Shown here piece by piece: positions 29,421-46,638 of a DNA stretch of 64,000 nucleotides. The position numbers and the translations under genes were made by a program. The DNA comes from Eledone cirrhosa (taxonomy: Eukaryota). Position 1 is the stretch's first letter. Every line of letters starts with the position of its first letter. Location: assembly GCA_964016885.1 (NCBI GenBank), contig OZ024741.1, positions 101,804,001 through 101,868,000 on the forward strand. Direction: 5' to 3'. Under the pieces are notes generated by a model. It searched no databases. It was not told where the DNA came from and worked only from the letters and a program-made list of their open reading frames with translations.

Positions 29421-30670
29421 CATTTGAGGACATGTATTTTTAGTCATTATTTTATTTGACTAATTTTTATTGAACTTCCATTTCAGAAAATAACAATGAA
29501 AATAACTATGCTTACTAATGAAATGAAAAGCCATGCTGTGATTGTGGCTTTGAAGGCTAAGCATGGAGATTTAGAAATTTCTCGTTTTCTGAAAGCTGCA
29601 AGATCTTTTGTCCACAAGATTCGGTGTGAATTAGAGAAAGAAGATGGGAGCGTATTACCTCTATCAAAACGTAAAAAACATTCCAAACGCTCTGATTCTA
29701 TCAGGACACCTGAATTTATTCAGGAAGTTAAGCAAAACATTGATGACAATCCAGGAAAATCAATGAGGTAAATTGCAAAAGATTTGGTGTGTCAGAAAAA
29801 AACAATCAGAAATGTTGTGCATGAAGACATCAGATACAAATCTTACGTGATGAGGAGAGGTCGATTCATGTCAGAAAAAAACAAAAGAAAAGCGTTAAAT
29901 CAGATCCAAAAGCCTTTTAAGCAAAGTTAAAAGTCTATCAGAAGATGATGTGATTTTATTTTTCCCAGATGAGAAAAACTGTGACCAATACCACAAAACT
30001 AACAGAAGAAATGACAGGTGGCTATGTGCAGACCCTTCTGAGGTTCCAAGAGTAATGCACACAAAGTTTCCTGCAAGTGTCATGGTTTTAGGTGTTGTTA
30101 GCAATGAAGGACATGTGATGCCTCCTCACTTTTTTCCACAAGGCCTTAGGGTGAATGCTGCTGCATATATTGAGGTTCTGGATAAAGTTGTTAAGCCTTG
30201 GATCAACAGTGTATGCAATGGAAGGCCTTATGTCTTTCAACAAGATTCTGTACCATCACACAAGGCTCAAATGACACAAGAATGGATGGCTGACAATTTG
30301 CATGATCACATCACCCCCAACATTTGGCCTCCTAATTCTCCAGATCTCAATCCACTGGACTACTATGTATGGAGCATCGTTGAGAAAAGTGTCAATGAAC
30401 ACTCCTATAGCACCAAAGATTCTTTGTAAGCTGCCATAATTCGAGTCATGTCCGATATGAACAAGGACCACTTAATCCGAGCCTGCAACGATTTCGACCC
30501 CATGTAGAGGCAGTTATTAATGCTTATGGTGGTTTTATTGAATGAAATTATTAAATTGATAATTTAGCTTTATGTTTATGTTATTTTTATAAGAATATAG
30601 TTTTTTTCTGTTATTATATAAGCGTCTTTTAAAAACCATAAATCTGCCCTCAAATACCGTCCGCACTCTG
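29419..30670 (+). mobile_element. Tc1/mariner-superfamily DD37D (maT-like) DNA transposon, defective transposase
   Basis: ORFs 29496-29771 (HTH region) and 29950-30429 carry FPDEK, VMVLG, FQQDSVPSH and WPPNSPDLNPLDYYVW. I count 37 residues between the second and third Asp. The 3' TIR ends ...gcactctg|TA; the 5' TIR is partial. Stops and frameshifts are present. Confidence 0.88.
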
Positions 30671-30983
30671 TATATATATACGAAAAGTAAAAAAGGGAAA
30701 CAACAAAGCAAACAATGAAGATATATATTAGTTGAACGCTTGATATATGAATGCATATATGATGTATTCTCTCGTCGAAAACCATCAATTATCATGCCAA
30801 GTGGCTGAGTACTCCACATCATGTCCAGACTTAATTCTCAAGTAGAATTAGCGTAACACAGTGTGACCAGGAAAGATATTTCAATTAAAAGTATAGTCAA
30901 TATGAAGAGCTTTTTAGTCATTTTTACTATGGTAAACGACATTTCTCCAAATGCCATGCATTGGAACCAAACCCAGAACGTCA

Positions 30984-34223
<3,240 letters not shown>

Positions 34224-34224
<1 letters not shown>

Positions 34225-37200
34225 CGCAGTGGAACATCTAGATCGTACCTAGATAGGGTTCTAGTTAGAAAGAAGGATAGGGACATGTTAAGCTGTCCAC
34301 AAATGTTCATGGTTGCCTATTCAGATCACAAACTAGTGACCTGCTTAGTCAACTTTGACAAAACCCATAGAGAAGGGCCCGGCTACTGGAAGCTGAACTT
34401 GTCGTTACCGACATGCAAAGCCTACAGTAGACGGATTAGCACTTTAGTTAAGCATCACTTGATGGGGGCCATTGTCAACAACATATGGTGGTACTCTTTC
34501 AAGAGGGCAGTTAGATTAGACTCGATAGTTTTTAGTAAAGAATTAGTGTTAGATAGAAATAAGACCGAAAAGGAACTGGTAGATAAAGTAGAAGAGGCAC
34601 TTAGGAGTGGCAACGTAGCCAGCGTGCTAGCGACGAGAACGGCCTTGGACCAGTTCTTCGACACAAAGCATGAAGGCTGCGTTGTCAGAAGCAAAATGCG
34701 TGCTCTGGGAAACGAGGGAGCCAAAGCTGTTAGCTGGGCTCGAGTGACGGAGGAAAAAAGTGGCAACAAGTCCACGATTCGGTCTTCGAAGGACCAAGAC
34801 GGACGCGTGATACGTGAGCCGAGCAAATGTGCGCGGCCTTTCAGCGACACTTTGCTCAACTGTTCGGGCAGGGCGGCGCGTCTGGAGGGGCTATGGATTT
34901 CGGTCCTTATCTCGACGGCCTACCGCGACTCTCAGACAGCGAGGCGAAGTTCTGCGAAAGGCCGATTTCGGCCGCTGAGATAGGGGACGCGGTGAGCCAA
35001 TGCGGCAAACGCAAATCTCCGGGTCTCGACAGTCTACCCTACGAATTTTACGTAGCAATGCCGGACTTGTTCTCCGGTCTCCTGGAAGCAGTCTACTGCA
35101 ACTGGCAGCAGAACGGGAGAATTCCCAGTTCTGTGAACCAGTTCTGTGACCAGTTCTGTGACCAAGGGCGTAATCACATTAGTCAAGAAGGACGAGAACA
35201 AGGGGGATGACATAGGCAACTTCCGGCCCATAACTCTGCTCAACAGAGAGTTAGAGATTTTGGCCAAGGTGTTGGCAAAGAGGCTGGCGCTTGTCGTCGA
35301 AAACCTGGTGGGAGAAGCGCAGACATGCGCAATCCCGACCAGGTCCATACACGACAACCTCTACCTCATGCGATACATCATAGAGAGGCTTCGGTGGGGA
35401 CCTGATCAACTTGGATCAGTCTAAGGCTTTCGATAGGGTTGAGCATCGTTACCTGGATGCGGTGCTCGAGGCGGCAGGCTTCGGACCCATGTTCAGCGGC
35501 CGGATTACTGCTGTGCACAGCAGTAACATCTGCTCAAGGGTCAAGGTGAACGGCTACCTCTCGGAGCCGTTCCATATCACGCGATCCATTCGATAGGGAT
35601 GCCTTCTCTCCTACCTTCTGTACGTACTGACTCTCGAGCCACTACTGCGGAAGTTGGAGCTATTGCAGGGCATCCTTTTGGAACCGGGACTGCGAAAAGC
35701 GGCGTCGGCCTACGACGACGACGTGACAGTAATGGTGTCGAGCACCTCGGAAGTCGAGCAGATCGGTACCTTACTGGAGGAATACGAAAGGTTCACAGGA
35801 GCGAAGCTGAACCGGGACAAATCCGTCGGTTTGCAACTCGGAACGTGGCGAGGCAAACCGGTGCCTTCCGATGGCGTCGTCGGATGCTGGACGGAAGGAC
35901 CGGTAAAGCTGCTCGGGGTCTGGTTTGGTCCGGACCTCCAGGTGGAGAAAAACTGGAATGAGGTGACGGCCAAGGTGTTTGCGCTGACCCAGAAGTGGAC
36001 CGTGTGCAAACTATCCTTGAAAGCTCGAGCGGAGGTGGCGAACACTTTTATAGCGTCCGTCATCTACTAACGCTTGACCGTCGTGCCTTGTCCAGCCAAA
36101 ACGCTCACCAAAATGGAGCGCGCGCTCTTCCAATTCCTTTGGAAGAAACGGGCTCCTTTGGTGAGAAGATCCATCTGCTGCCAACACCCTTCCAACGGAG
36201 GGTTGGGGATACCGTGGCTGACGATGCGCAAACACGCGCTCAGGCTGCGGCACCTCCACGCATTCCTTAAAAGACAACTGGTGTGGACCCCGTTCGTGAG
36301 GCGAGCCTTCCCAGGACTCATCTAGCTGACCGAGCTGCAGTCCTGGGTCAAGCAAAGACCGAGGAAAATGGGCGACTGGCACATCAAGTGCGACGACACG
36401 CTCGGAGAAACTCTAGGCGTAGAGGAGGACGAACTGGCCAGTCTGTTCGGTAGGACCTCCGCCCGGGACCAATGGACAACTTCCAAAAGTCCCTGGCCTG
36501 GCAGTTCTACCGAGGAGCTCTACCAGTTCGAGACAAGCTCTACAGATATGGGCGCCCGGGTAGGGACCCTACGAAAAAAATCTGTCCGAGATGCGTGCGC
36601 GACGAGGAAACCGTCGCGCACGCATTCGTACACTGCCCGGGCATTACCGACTTGTGGGGCTATGTAGAACGACTATTGTCGCGGGTGGGTAATCCAGTTG
36701 ACCACCGAGTCCATTGCCATGATCAAACCGCCACCCTCCTTCAAAAACGAGGGAGAGGCGGTTTTGCTATGTGTTATGGCTATGGTGAAAGAGGTTATAT
36801 GGTGGACGAGGTTAAAACAGCTGAGGTCAGACACCTTTCTCTCCGGCGAGCAACTGATTCGTTTTTTCAAATATCATTTTGGAAGAAGAATCAGGATGGA
36901 GAGAGAGGTGCTGTACCCCAGAAAATAAAAAAAAGGTGGGTAAATGTGGCAAAGATGGTTGGGCCTTCTCTCTATATAAGCCTGTAGGTTGAGGAAAAAG
37001 AGGAAGAGAGGAAGGGAGTACTCACTCTTGGTGCTCCTGGAGATGAGGGTTGTACATTTTTTCGGGGTGTGTACAACCCTTGTGTAACGCTTCCTCCCTA
37101 TTGGGGATATCAATTGTTATTTGTTATTTTATTAATAGTTTTATTTTCATATACCTGTATGTAAACTCCCCATTTGTATCTGTCCCCTTCTTTTGTGCCC

Positions 37201-37240
37201 TTGTGACTAATAAAGAAATTTATCTATCTATCTATCTATC
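34224..37240 (+). mobile_element. Tx1-like LINE copy B (same 5' truncation as A, more decayed 3' half)
   Basis: Same motifs, with YDDD in place of YADD and several stops. (TATC)n tail. Confidence 0.92.
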
Positions 37241-37614
37241 TCTCTTGGTAGCTGGACGCACACAATTTTGCTGGTAAATTTCTGTCAATTTATTTACAAA
37301 AAACAGAAATTCTTGTTTAAAAAACACATTGTTTTGTAGATTAAACCCCAGGCTGAATTGTCAGCTGAGTGGCAATCTCATCTTTCGCCCCCAAAGGGGC
37401 GAAAATTTAATTTGAAATTAATTTGAAAACTGTTTAAATTTTTTTAATATTTTGCCATCAGCTATGGCAAGCGTTCAAAGAACGTGAGCGAACGTTGAAA
37501 AAGGAAAAAGAAAAGAAGAAATAGACTTTAACGTTGCTAAAAATTTTACCTGTATCGAGGTAGTTAACAACAAACTTTTGTGTAACGAAAGTCAAGTAGA
37601 CAACACAAACAAAA

Positions 37615-39423
37615 TTGAATCGCACGGTGAACCACACAGTATACAACACACCAAAATCAACAGAAAAAACAATCGACACAACTACAAACGGAAAACCCGA
37701 CAATCACAACAACAAGAACAACAACAACAAAATAACTTATACAGAAACAGTCACAAATAATAATAACGTTACTTCTAACTCCGCATGTATTGGCACCACC
37801 ATGGAAATCAATATGAACAACAAAAATAAAAACAAGATCGAACCACACATAGTACAACAGACGGAAAAAACAACAGAAAATAAAACCATTGACACAACTA
37901 CAAACGGAAAACCCGACAATCACAACAACAACAACAACAACAACAACACCAAAAACACTTTTGCGCAAACAGTCATCAAGACACAAGAATTCAAGGATTT
38001 CGATATCTCCAATGCGAAACAGATGCTCTCTGAAGCAAAGGAGTTTATCACTTTCGGTGAAAACGGGGGATTTCAGATAAACTCACCCCCAGAAATTCGT
38101 CTGGAAACATTTCGAAGGACAATTGCCTTCAGAACTGTTTCAAATGAAACAAAACGACCAACATTCCTCAGTCAAGGGGAAATTGAGGCAACCTTAATAA
38201 AGATATTGCCAGACATTGACTTTATGCAGAAGGTCAAACAGTACGGGAGTATTTCGGTACTCCTCAAAAGCGAGGCCCTTGCACAAAGATATTCAGTGAC
38301 GCCAATACTGTCACAAAAATACACCTTTTTCCCTACATACCTGGGAAAAAGGACACACCACCAAATATTAATATTTGGTGGATATTTGCAGGATTTTTAG
38401 AGGAGAGAAAAGACACTATTCTCTCAATCAAAAAGTCAACTAGACACACATGGTCTGGTACAAATTTTGAGATTCTGGTGCAAATGAGCCCGCAAAGAAT
38501 CTCCAAAATACAAGAAAAGTGCTGGTGGACAACAACAGCCACATAAACATTGCAGTTGAGGGACGAAAGCCACATTGCTTTCGTTGCAATAGCACCACAC
38601 ACCTAAAGGCCCTTTACAAACACGTTCAACAAAAACAATACAAAAGAAAACACTGTTACCAACACCTACACCAAAACAACCACCACTACAACAACAACAA
38701 CTTACGAAACAAGCAAACACACCAAAATAAACAGCCACTCAACCAACAACAGAAAAAACACAGACAACACTCCTGAAGAACACAGCCCCACCCCATCCCA
38801 CTCCATAATACCCTACCACAGACACACACACCGAAACACCACCACCACACAACATACCCCTAACCCACACTCCTGACGATGATTATTCATCGACAGATGA
38901 GGCTGCTTCTCCTTCTTTAAGTGAAGAAGAGGGAGAGCCTCGGAAATCTAAAAAACAAAAAAAGAGACACCACAAAACCCCCAAAACTCCAATCACCAAC
39001 ACCAACACACAACCACAGACACAAACAACAACATAAACAACACCACAGTCAAACATCCCCCTACCAGCAAAACCAACACCAACACCACCCCAAACACAAG
39101 CACCCACCACAAAAAGAAAACTCCCGGACGAACAACAAACTAAAACAACACAACAAAAACACAAACAACAATACGCATACATCAACACAAACAACAAGAG
39201 TTTGATGGAGGTCATCTCCCAAAACCCCAAGGTGGAGACGGAGGGCAAAACTTTCGTTAAAGCAGAATCGTCTCCACACCTTAAACTTATAAGGGTTCCT
39301 ATGGAGACCTATAGTGACCTGAAAAATATATTTTCACAGGACGTGGGCAACCCTTGCCAGAAACCCATCAACCGCGTCCTGTTAAAATGTTTCCCCACCC
39401 AACACCCCGTCCTTTTTCTCTAA
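37615..39423 (+). pseudogene. Tx1 ORF1 (gag-like), frameshifted
   Basis: T/N/K-rich N-terminus with an internal repeat, a zinc-knuckle-like VEGRKPHCFRCNSTTHL at ~38560-38605 and a Thr/Pro-rich C-terminus. It lies immediately upstream of ORF2. Confidence 0.7.
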
Positions 39424-39438
39424 CTCTTCTTCACCAAC

Positions 39439-42365
39439 ATGGCTAGTTTACGAGTAGGAAGCCTGAATGTGCGTGGACTAGGGATGCCCTGGAAACAGGG
39501 CCAACTTTTAAACGACCTTAGGTCACACAGTATGGATGTGATAGCCATCACCGAGTCCAGGATCCACAACAGGCAGCAACTAACCCCCATCTTCGACGAT
39601 TTTGAGATCTACGCATCTGTCTGTCAGCCAGGAGGTGGAGGTGGAGTGGTTGTCATGTTTCGGAAGAACCTGGACGTCGAAGTACAGCAAGTACACTTGA
39701 ACCCGGAGAGTAGACTGGTAGTCCTAGACGTGAACAGTATTGGAGGTGGAGCCTTCAGACTGGTGGCCGTTTATGCCCCGACCGGGCAATCGCAATCACG
39801 GCCAGACTTCTTTAAGCGTCTACAGTATTTTCTGGGAACGTCTCGCTCCTTACTTTTAGTGGGGGACTGGAATGGTATCCTAGATGCACGATAGGACTAT
39901 GTGGGAGCATGTCCCAGTAAACGGGGGTGCAACAGCCTAAAAACTTTAATCGGCCTATTCCAACTGGCCGATAGGTATCGACTGGATTTCCCGACTGCAC
40001 CACAGTGGACGTGGGCAAATTTAGATAGGTTCTTCATTAGAGAAAGGGACAAGGAGATGTTAAGCTGTCCACGAATGCACATGGTTGCCTATTCAGATCA
40101 CAAATTAGTCGTCTGCTTAGTCAACCGTGATAGAACACATAGACAGGGACCCGGATACTGGAAGCTGAACGTGTCGTTGCCAGCACGTAAAGCTTACAGT
40201 GAACGGATAAGTAGACTAGTCAAGCAACAGTTAACGGGAGCCATCGTCAACAATAGATGGTGGTACTCTCTCAAGAAAGCAATTAGAATAGAATCGATAG
40301 GGTATAGCAGAGAGTTAGCCTTAGAAAAAAACAGAATAGAAAGAGAACTAGTAGCCAAGGTAGAGGAGGCACTTAGAAGTGGCAACGCCGCTAGAGTGTC
40401 AGCGTCGAGAACGGCACTGGACCAGTTCTTCGATGCGAAACACAAAGACTGCATGGTCAGAAGCAGAACACGTGCTCTAGGAAACGAAGGAGCGAAAGCT
40501 GTCAGCTGGGCCCGAGTGGCGGAGGCAAAAAGTGGCAACAAGTCCACGATTCGGTCTTGACCCCAAGCAAATGTGCGCGGCCTTTCAGCAGCACTTTGCG
40601 CGACTGTTTGTGCAGAACGACGGTGAGCCGAACGGGGCAATGGACTTTAGTTCATACCTCGACGGCCTGCCGCGTATCTCGAACACGGACGCCGAGTTCT
40701 GCGAAAGACCGATCACGGACACTGAGATACGGGACGCTCTGGGCCGCTGCGGGAAACGCAAGTCACCCGGTCTAGATGGTCAACCCTATGAGTTTTACAT
40801 AGGCATGCCGGACTTGCTCTCTGGCGTCCTCGAAGCTGTCTACTGCAATTGGCAGCAGAACGGGAGAATTCCCAGTTCTGCAGGCAAGGGCGTAGTAACG
40901 CTGATCAGGAAAGACGAGAATAAGGGGGACGAAATTAACAACTTCAGGCCCATAACTCTGCTCAACAGAGAGTTAAAGATTTTGGCCAAGGTGCTAGCGA
41001 CGAGGTGGCGCTTGTCGTCGAGAACCTGGTAAGGGAAAGCGCAAACGTGTTCAATCCCGACCAGTCCATACACGACAACCTTCACTTCATGCGATACATC
41101 ATAGAGAGGGTGGGTAGTAAACCCGGTCAGGGGTGCCCTCTCTCCTCCATTCTGTATGACTCTAGAGCCACTACTGCGGAAATTGGAGCTGTTGCAGGGC
41201 ATCTCTCTAGAACCGGAACTGCGCAAAGAGGTGTCGGCTTATGCCGACGACGTAACGGTAATGGTGTCGAGCACCTCGGAAATCGGGGTGATCGGCAACT
41301 TACTGAAATAATACGAAACGCTGACGGGAGCAAAACTAAACTCGGACAAGTCTGTCGGTTTGCAACTCGGTACGTGGAGAGGCAAACCGATGACGGCTCG
41401 ACAGCGTCGCTGGACGCTGGACGGAAGGACCGGTGAAATTGCTCGGGGTCTGGTTCGGTCCGGCTCTCCAGGTGGAGAAAAACTGGAACGAGGTCACGGC
41501 CAAGGTGTTTGCGCTCACCCAGAAGTGGGCAGAGTGCAAACTGTCCTTGAAAGGTCGAGCGGAGGTGGCGAACACTTTCATAGCGTCCGTCATCTACTAC
41601 CACTTGACTGTCGTGCCTTGTCCCTGTGAACACCTCGCCAAGATGGAACGCATGCTCTTCCAGTTTCTGTGGAAGAAGCAGGCTCCGCTGGTGAGGAGAT
41701 CCGTCTGCTGTCAGCACCCTTCCAACGGAGGGCTAAGAATACCGTGGCTGATGATGCGCAAACATGCGCTGAGGCTGCGGCATCTCCAGGTATTCCTCAC
41801 CGACCCCCAACCGGTGTGGGCACCGTTTGTGAGACAGGCTTTCCCACAGCTCGTCTCGCTGACAGAGCTGTAGTCCTGGGTCAAGAAAAGACCGAAAATG
41901 ATGAGCGCCTGGCACATTGAATGCGCTCAGGCGCTCACAGTCCTCTGGCAAGCGGGCACAGCAATCAATGGAGATTCCACTTCGACATTCTATAGAGGGA
42001 TTGTACGTTACAAGGGCAACGACGTGCTCGGAGAGACTCTGGGCGTCGAAGACGATGAGCTCACCAGTCTGTTTGATAGGAGTTACCGCCCGGGACCTAT
42101 GGACAACTTCCAGAGGTCTCTGGCCTGGCAGTGCTACTGAGGAGCTCTACCGGTTCGTAACAAGATCTACAGGCACGAGATCTACAGGCAGGGATCCTTC
42201 CAAGAGGACGTGTCCAAGAGGCGCGCAGGACATTGAAACAGTCCTGCACGCAATTGTACACTGCCCGGGCGTAACCGACCTGTGGAACTATGCAGAACAA
42301 CTGCTGTCGCGTATGGGACAAATCCAGTTGACTGCCGAGTCCATAGTAAGGATCAAATCGCCAGC
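39439..42365 (+). pseudogene. Tx1 ORF2: apurinic-type endonuclease + reverse transcriptase, disrupted
   Basis: MASLRVGSLNVRGL, DVIAITES, VAVYAP, VGDWNG, LDRF, SDHK, then RT motifs including YADD at ~41240. Confidence 0.9.
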
Positions 42366-42566
42366 CTGGAGTTGAGGGTTGTTCTATCGAAGGGGGATTA
42401 AAAAAACCATTTGTGGGGCTTCCCCTCTATTGTGGATTTCGATTGTTGTAATTGTTTGTTTTATATTTTTTACACGACTGTATGTAAAATCCCCGGCATG
42501 TCTTTGTATTGTCTCCTTTTCTTGTGCGCCCTTGTAGCTAATAAAGAAATCTATCTATCTATCTAT

Positions 42567-42998
42567 ATGGTGGACGAGGTTGAGAGGACTGAGGACAGAT
42601 GCCTTTCTCTCCGGACAACAATTGATTCCATTCTTTAAGTATCACTTTAGAAGGAGAATCAGGGTGGAGAGAGAGGCACTGCACCCCAGTAAATTTACTG
42701 AAAGGTGGGTGAATGAAGCGAAAATGGCCCGAGTGATTGGGCCTTCTCTGTTTATAAGCCTGTAGGTTGAGGAAGAGAGCAAAAGGAAGAAAGGAGCACT
42801 TGCACAACACGCTCCTTGAGTTGAGGGTTGTTCTATCGACGGGGTATTAAACAACCCATTTGTGGCGCCTCCCCCCTATTGGGGATTTCGATTGTTGAAA
42901 TTGTTTGTTTTTATATTTTTTACACGACTGTATGTAAAATCCCCGGCATGTCTTTGTATTGTCCCCTTTCTTGTTGCGCCCTTGTGGCTAATAAAGAA

Positions 42999-43042
<44 letters not shown>
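42567..43042 (+). mobile_element. Tx1-like LINE copy D (short 3' fragment)
   Basis: WWTRLRGLRT...GPSLFISL*, 3'UTR, (TATC)n. Confidence 0.88.
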
Positions 43043-45030
43043 CCAACCTGTTCGGTAGGACATTCAGCCCGGGACTCATGGATAACTTCCAGAGGTCCCT
43101 GGCCTGGCAATGCTACAGAAGGGCTCTGCCCGTTCGAGAAAGGCTCTATAGACACGGGCGCCCGGGTAGGGACCCATCGAAAAAGATCTGTCCCAGATGC
43201 GTGTGCGACGAGGAAACCGTTGCACACGCGCGGTCCATCCGACAAGGGTGCCCTCTCTCCTCCCTTCTGTATGTGTTGACTCTCGAGCCACTACTGCGGA
43301 AGTTGGAGTTGTTGCAGGGCATCCCTTTGGAACCGGGATTGCGGAAAGCGGTGTCGGCCTACGCCGATGACGTGACAGTAATGGTGTCGACGGCCTCCGA
43401 AATCGAGGCGGTCGGCACCTTACTGGAGGAGTACGAAAAGTTCACAGGGGCTAAGCTGAACCGGGACAAGTCGATCGGTTTGCAACTCGGCACGTGGAGG
43501 GGCAGACCGATGCCCTCCGATGGCGTCGTCGGACGCTGGACGGAGGGCCCGGTGAAGTTGCTCGGGGTCTGGTTCGGACCGGACCTCCAGGTGGAGAAAA
43601 ACTGGGCGGAGGTTACGAACAGGGTGTTTGCACTGACCCAGAAGTGGGCCAGTTGCAAACTATCCCTGAAAGGTCGGGCGGAGGTGGCGAACACCTACAT
43701 AGCGTCCGTCATCTACTACCGCCTGACCGTAGTGCCCTGCCCAAAGGAAACCCTCACCAAGATGGAGCGCGCGCTCTTCCAATTCCTTTGGAAGAGGCGG
43801 GCTCCTATGGTGAGGAGATCCATCTGCTGTCAACACCCTTCGAAAGGAGGGCTGGGGATGCCGTGGCTAATGATGCGTAAACACGCATTAAGGCTACGGC
43901 ACCTCTACATATTCCTCACCGGACAACCGGTGTGGGCCTCGTTTGTGAGACGAACCTTTCCCAGACTCGTCTCACTCACCGAGCTGCAATCCTGGGTCAA
44001 GCAAAGACCGAGAAAACTGGGCGCCTGGCACACTGAGTGTGCCCAGGCGCTCACCGCCCTCTGGCAGGCGGATCCGGTTATCAGTGGAGACTCCACCGCA
44101 ACATTCTATAGAGGGCTGGTACGCAGCAGGTGCGACGACGCCCTCAGAGAAGCCCTAGACATGGAGGAGGACGAACTGGCCGGCCTGTTCGGTAGGACAT
44201 TCAGCCCGGGACCTATGGACAACTTCCAGAAGTCCCCGGCCTGGCAGTGCTACCGAGGAGCTTTACCCGTTCGAGAAAGGCTCTACAGACACGGGCGCCC
44301 GGGTAGGGACCCCGCCAAAAAGATCTGTCCCAGATGCGTGTGCGACGAGGAAACCGTTGCACACACATTGGTACACTGCTCGGGCGTAGCCGATCTGTGG
44401 GGCTATGTCGAACAACTGCTGTCAAGGGTGGGACCGATCCGGTTGACCACCGAGTCTATTGTAATGATCAAGCCGCCTCCCCCCCTTCAAAGATGAAGCA
44501 GAAGCGGTGTTTCTGTGCGTAATAGCCATGGCGAAAGAGGTTGTATGGTGGACGCGTCTGAAAGGACTGAGGTCAGGCACCTTTCTCTCTGGCCAACAAC
44601 TGGTCCGTTTCTTCCGATATCATTTCGGAAGAAGGATCAGGATGGAGAGAGAGGTGCTGCACCCCAGCCGTTTCTATGAAAGATGGGTGAAAGTGGCGAG
44701 AATGGCCCGTGTGAATGGGCCTTCACTCTACATCAGACTATAGGTGAGGAAGATGAAAGACCAAGGGAGCACCCCTTCTCTGTGCTCCTGAGGAGAAGGG
44801 TTGCACACTTTTCTCGGGGGTGTGTGCGACCCCCCAAGGCGCCTCCTCTCTATTGAGGATTTTGTTATAAATTTTATTTTTTGTTATATCTTATTTTATT
44901 TTTATATTTTTTTATTGCCTCCTCCTTATTGAGGACGCCTTTTTGTGTAAACTCCCCCCTTTGTACTTGTCCCACTTTTGATGCCCTAGTGGCAAATAAA
45001 AGAAACATATCTATCTATCTATCTATCTAT
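43043..45030 (+). mobile_element. Tx1-like LINE copy E (rearranged: zinc-finger segment fused upstream of RT C-half)
   Basis: ORF 42862-44496 reads CPRCVCDEETVAHA|RSIRQGCPLSS..YADD..CPRC. 3'UTR and TATC tail follow. Confidence 0.9.
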
Positions 45031-45789
45031 CCTGGCCTGGCAGTGCTACCAAGGAGCTCTACCACTTCGGGACAAGCTCTACAGATATGGGCGCCCGGGC
45101 AGGGACCCTTCGAAAAGATCTGTCCGAGATGTGTGCGAGACGAAGAAACCGTCGCGCACGCATTCATACACTGCCCGGGCGTTACCGACATGTGGGGCTA
45201 TGTAGAACGACTATTGTCGCGAGTGGGACCAATCCGGTTGACCACCGAGTTCATTGTCATGATCAAACCGCCACCCTCCTTCAAAAACGAGGGAGAGGCG
45301 GTTTTCCTATGTGTTATGGCTATGGCGAAAGAGGTTGTGTGGTGGACGAGGTTAAAAGGGCTGAGGTCAGACATCTTTCTCTCCGGCCAACAACTGATTC
45401 TTTTTTTTCAAATACCACTTTGGAAGAAGAATCAGGATGGAGAGAGAGGTGCTGTGCCCCAGCAAGTTTTATGAAAGGTGGGTGAAAGTGGCGAGAATGG
45501 CCTGAGTGAATGAGCCTTCTCTCTATATCAGCGTGTAGGTTGAGGAAAAGGAGGAAGAGAGGAAAGGTGTACAAACTCTTCGTACTCCTGGAGATGAGGG
45601 TTGCACATTTTTTCGGGGGGGGGGGGGGGGGCTATGTGTTACCCATATGAAATGTCTCCATCTATTGGGGAAAATCGATTAACTTTTAAATTACATTTGT
45701 GATAATATTTTACACATTTTTATTGTATGCAAACTTCCCCCTTTGTATTTGTCCCCTTCTTTTGTTTCCCTGTGGCTAATAAAGAAACA

Positions 45790-45873
<84 letters not shown>

Positions 45874-45887
45874 CGTCTGTCTATCTG
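45031..45887 (+). mobile_element. Tx1-like LINE copy F (3' fragment) with long (TATC)n tail
   Basis: Zinc-finger region; 3'UTR similar to copy A. Confidence 0.9.
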
Positions 45888-46061
45888 CATACATATAACC
45901 ATATAAACATATGAATAAGTATACCAGAAGTGTAACACTAACAAACTAATTGTGTGCACTCAGACATACGGACTTGTATTTACAAAATACGATTTCTGTA
46001 AAATCATGGAGTGAGTGGCAAACGGTGGACTTGGACGAATACTATGTCTGTTCTCTTAAAA

Positions 46062-46638
<577 letters not shown>

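Larger units (their letters stand above)
37241..42566 (+). mobile_element. Full-length but decayed Tx1-like LINE copy C (5'UTR, ORF1, ORF2 APE-RT)
   Basis: Starts directly after (TATC)n, with ORF1 at ~37460-39423 and ORF2 from the ATG at 39439. Internal deletions near 40560, 41125 and 42370. Confidence 0.9.
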
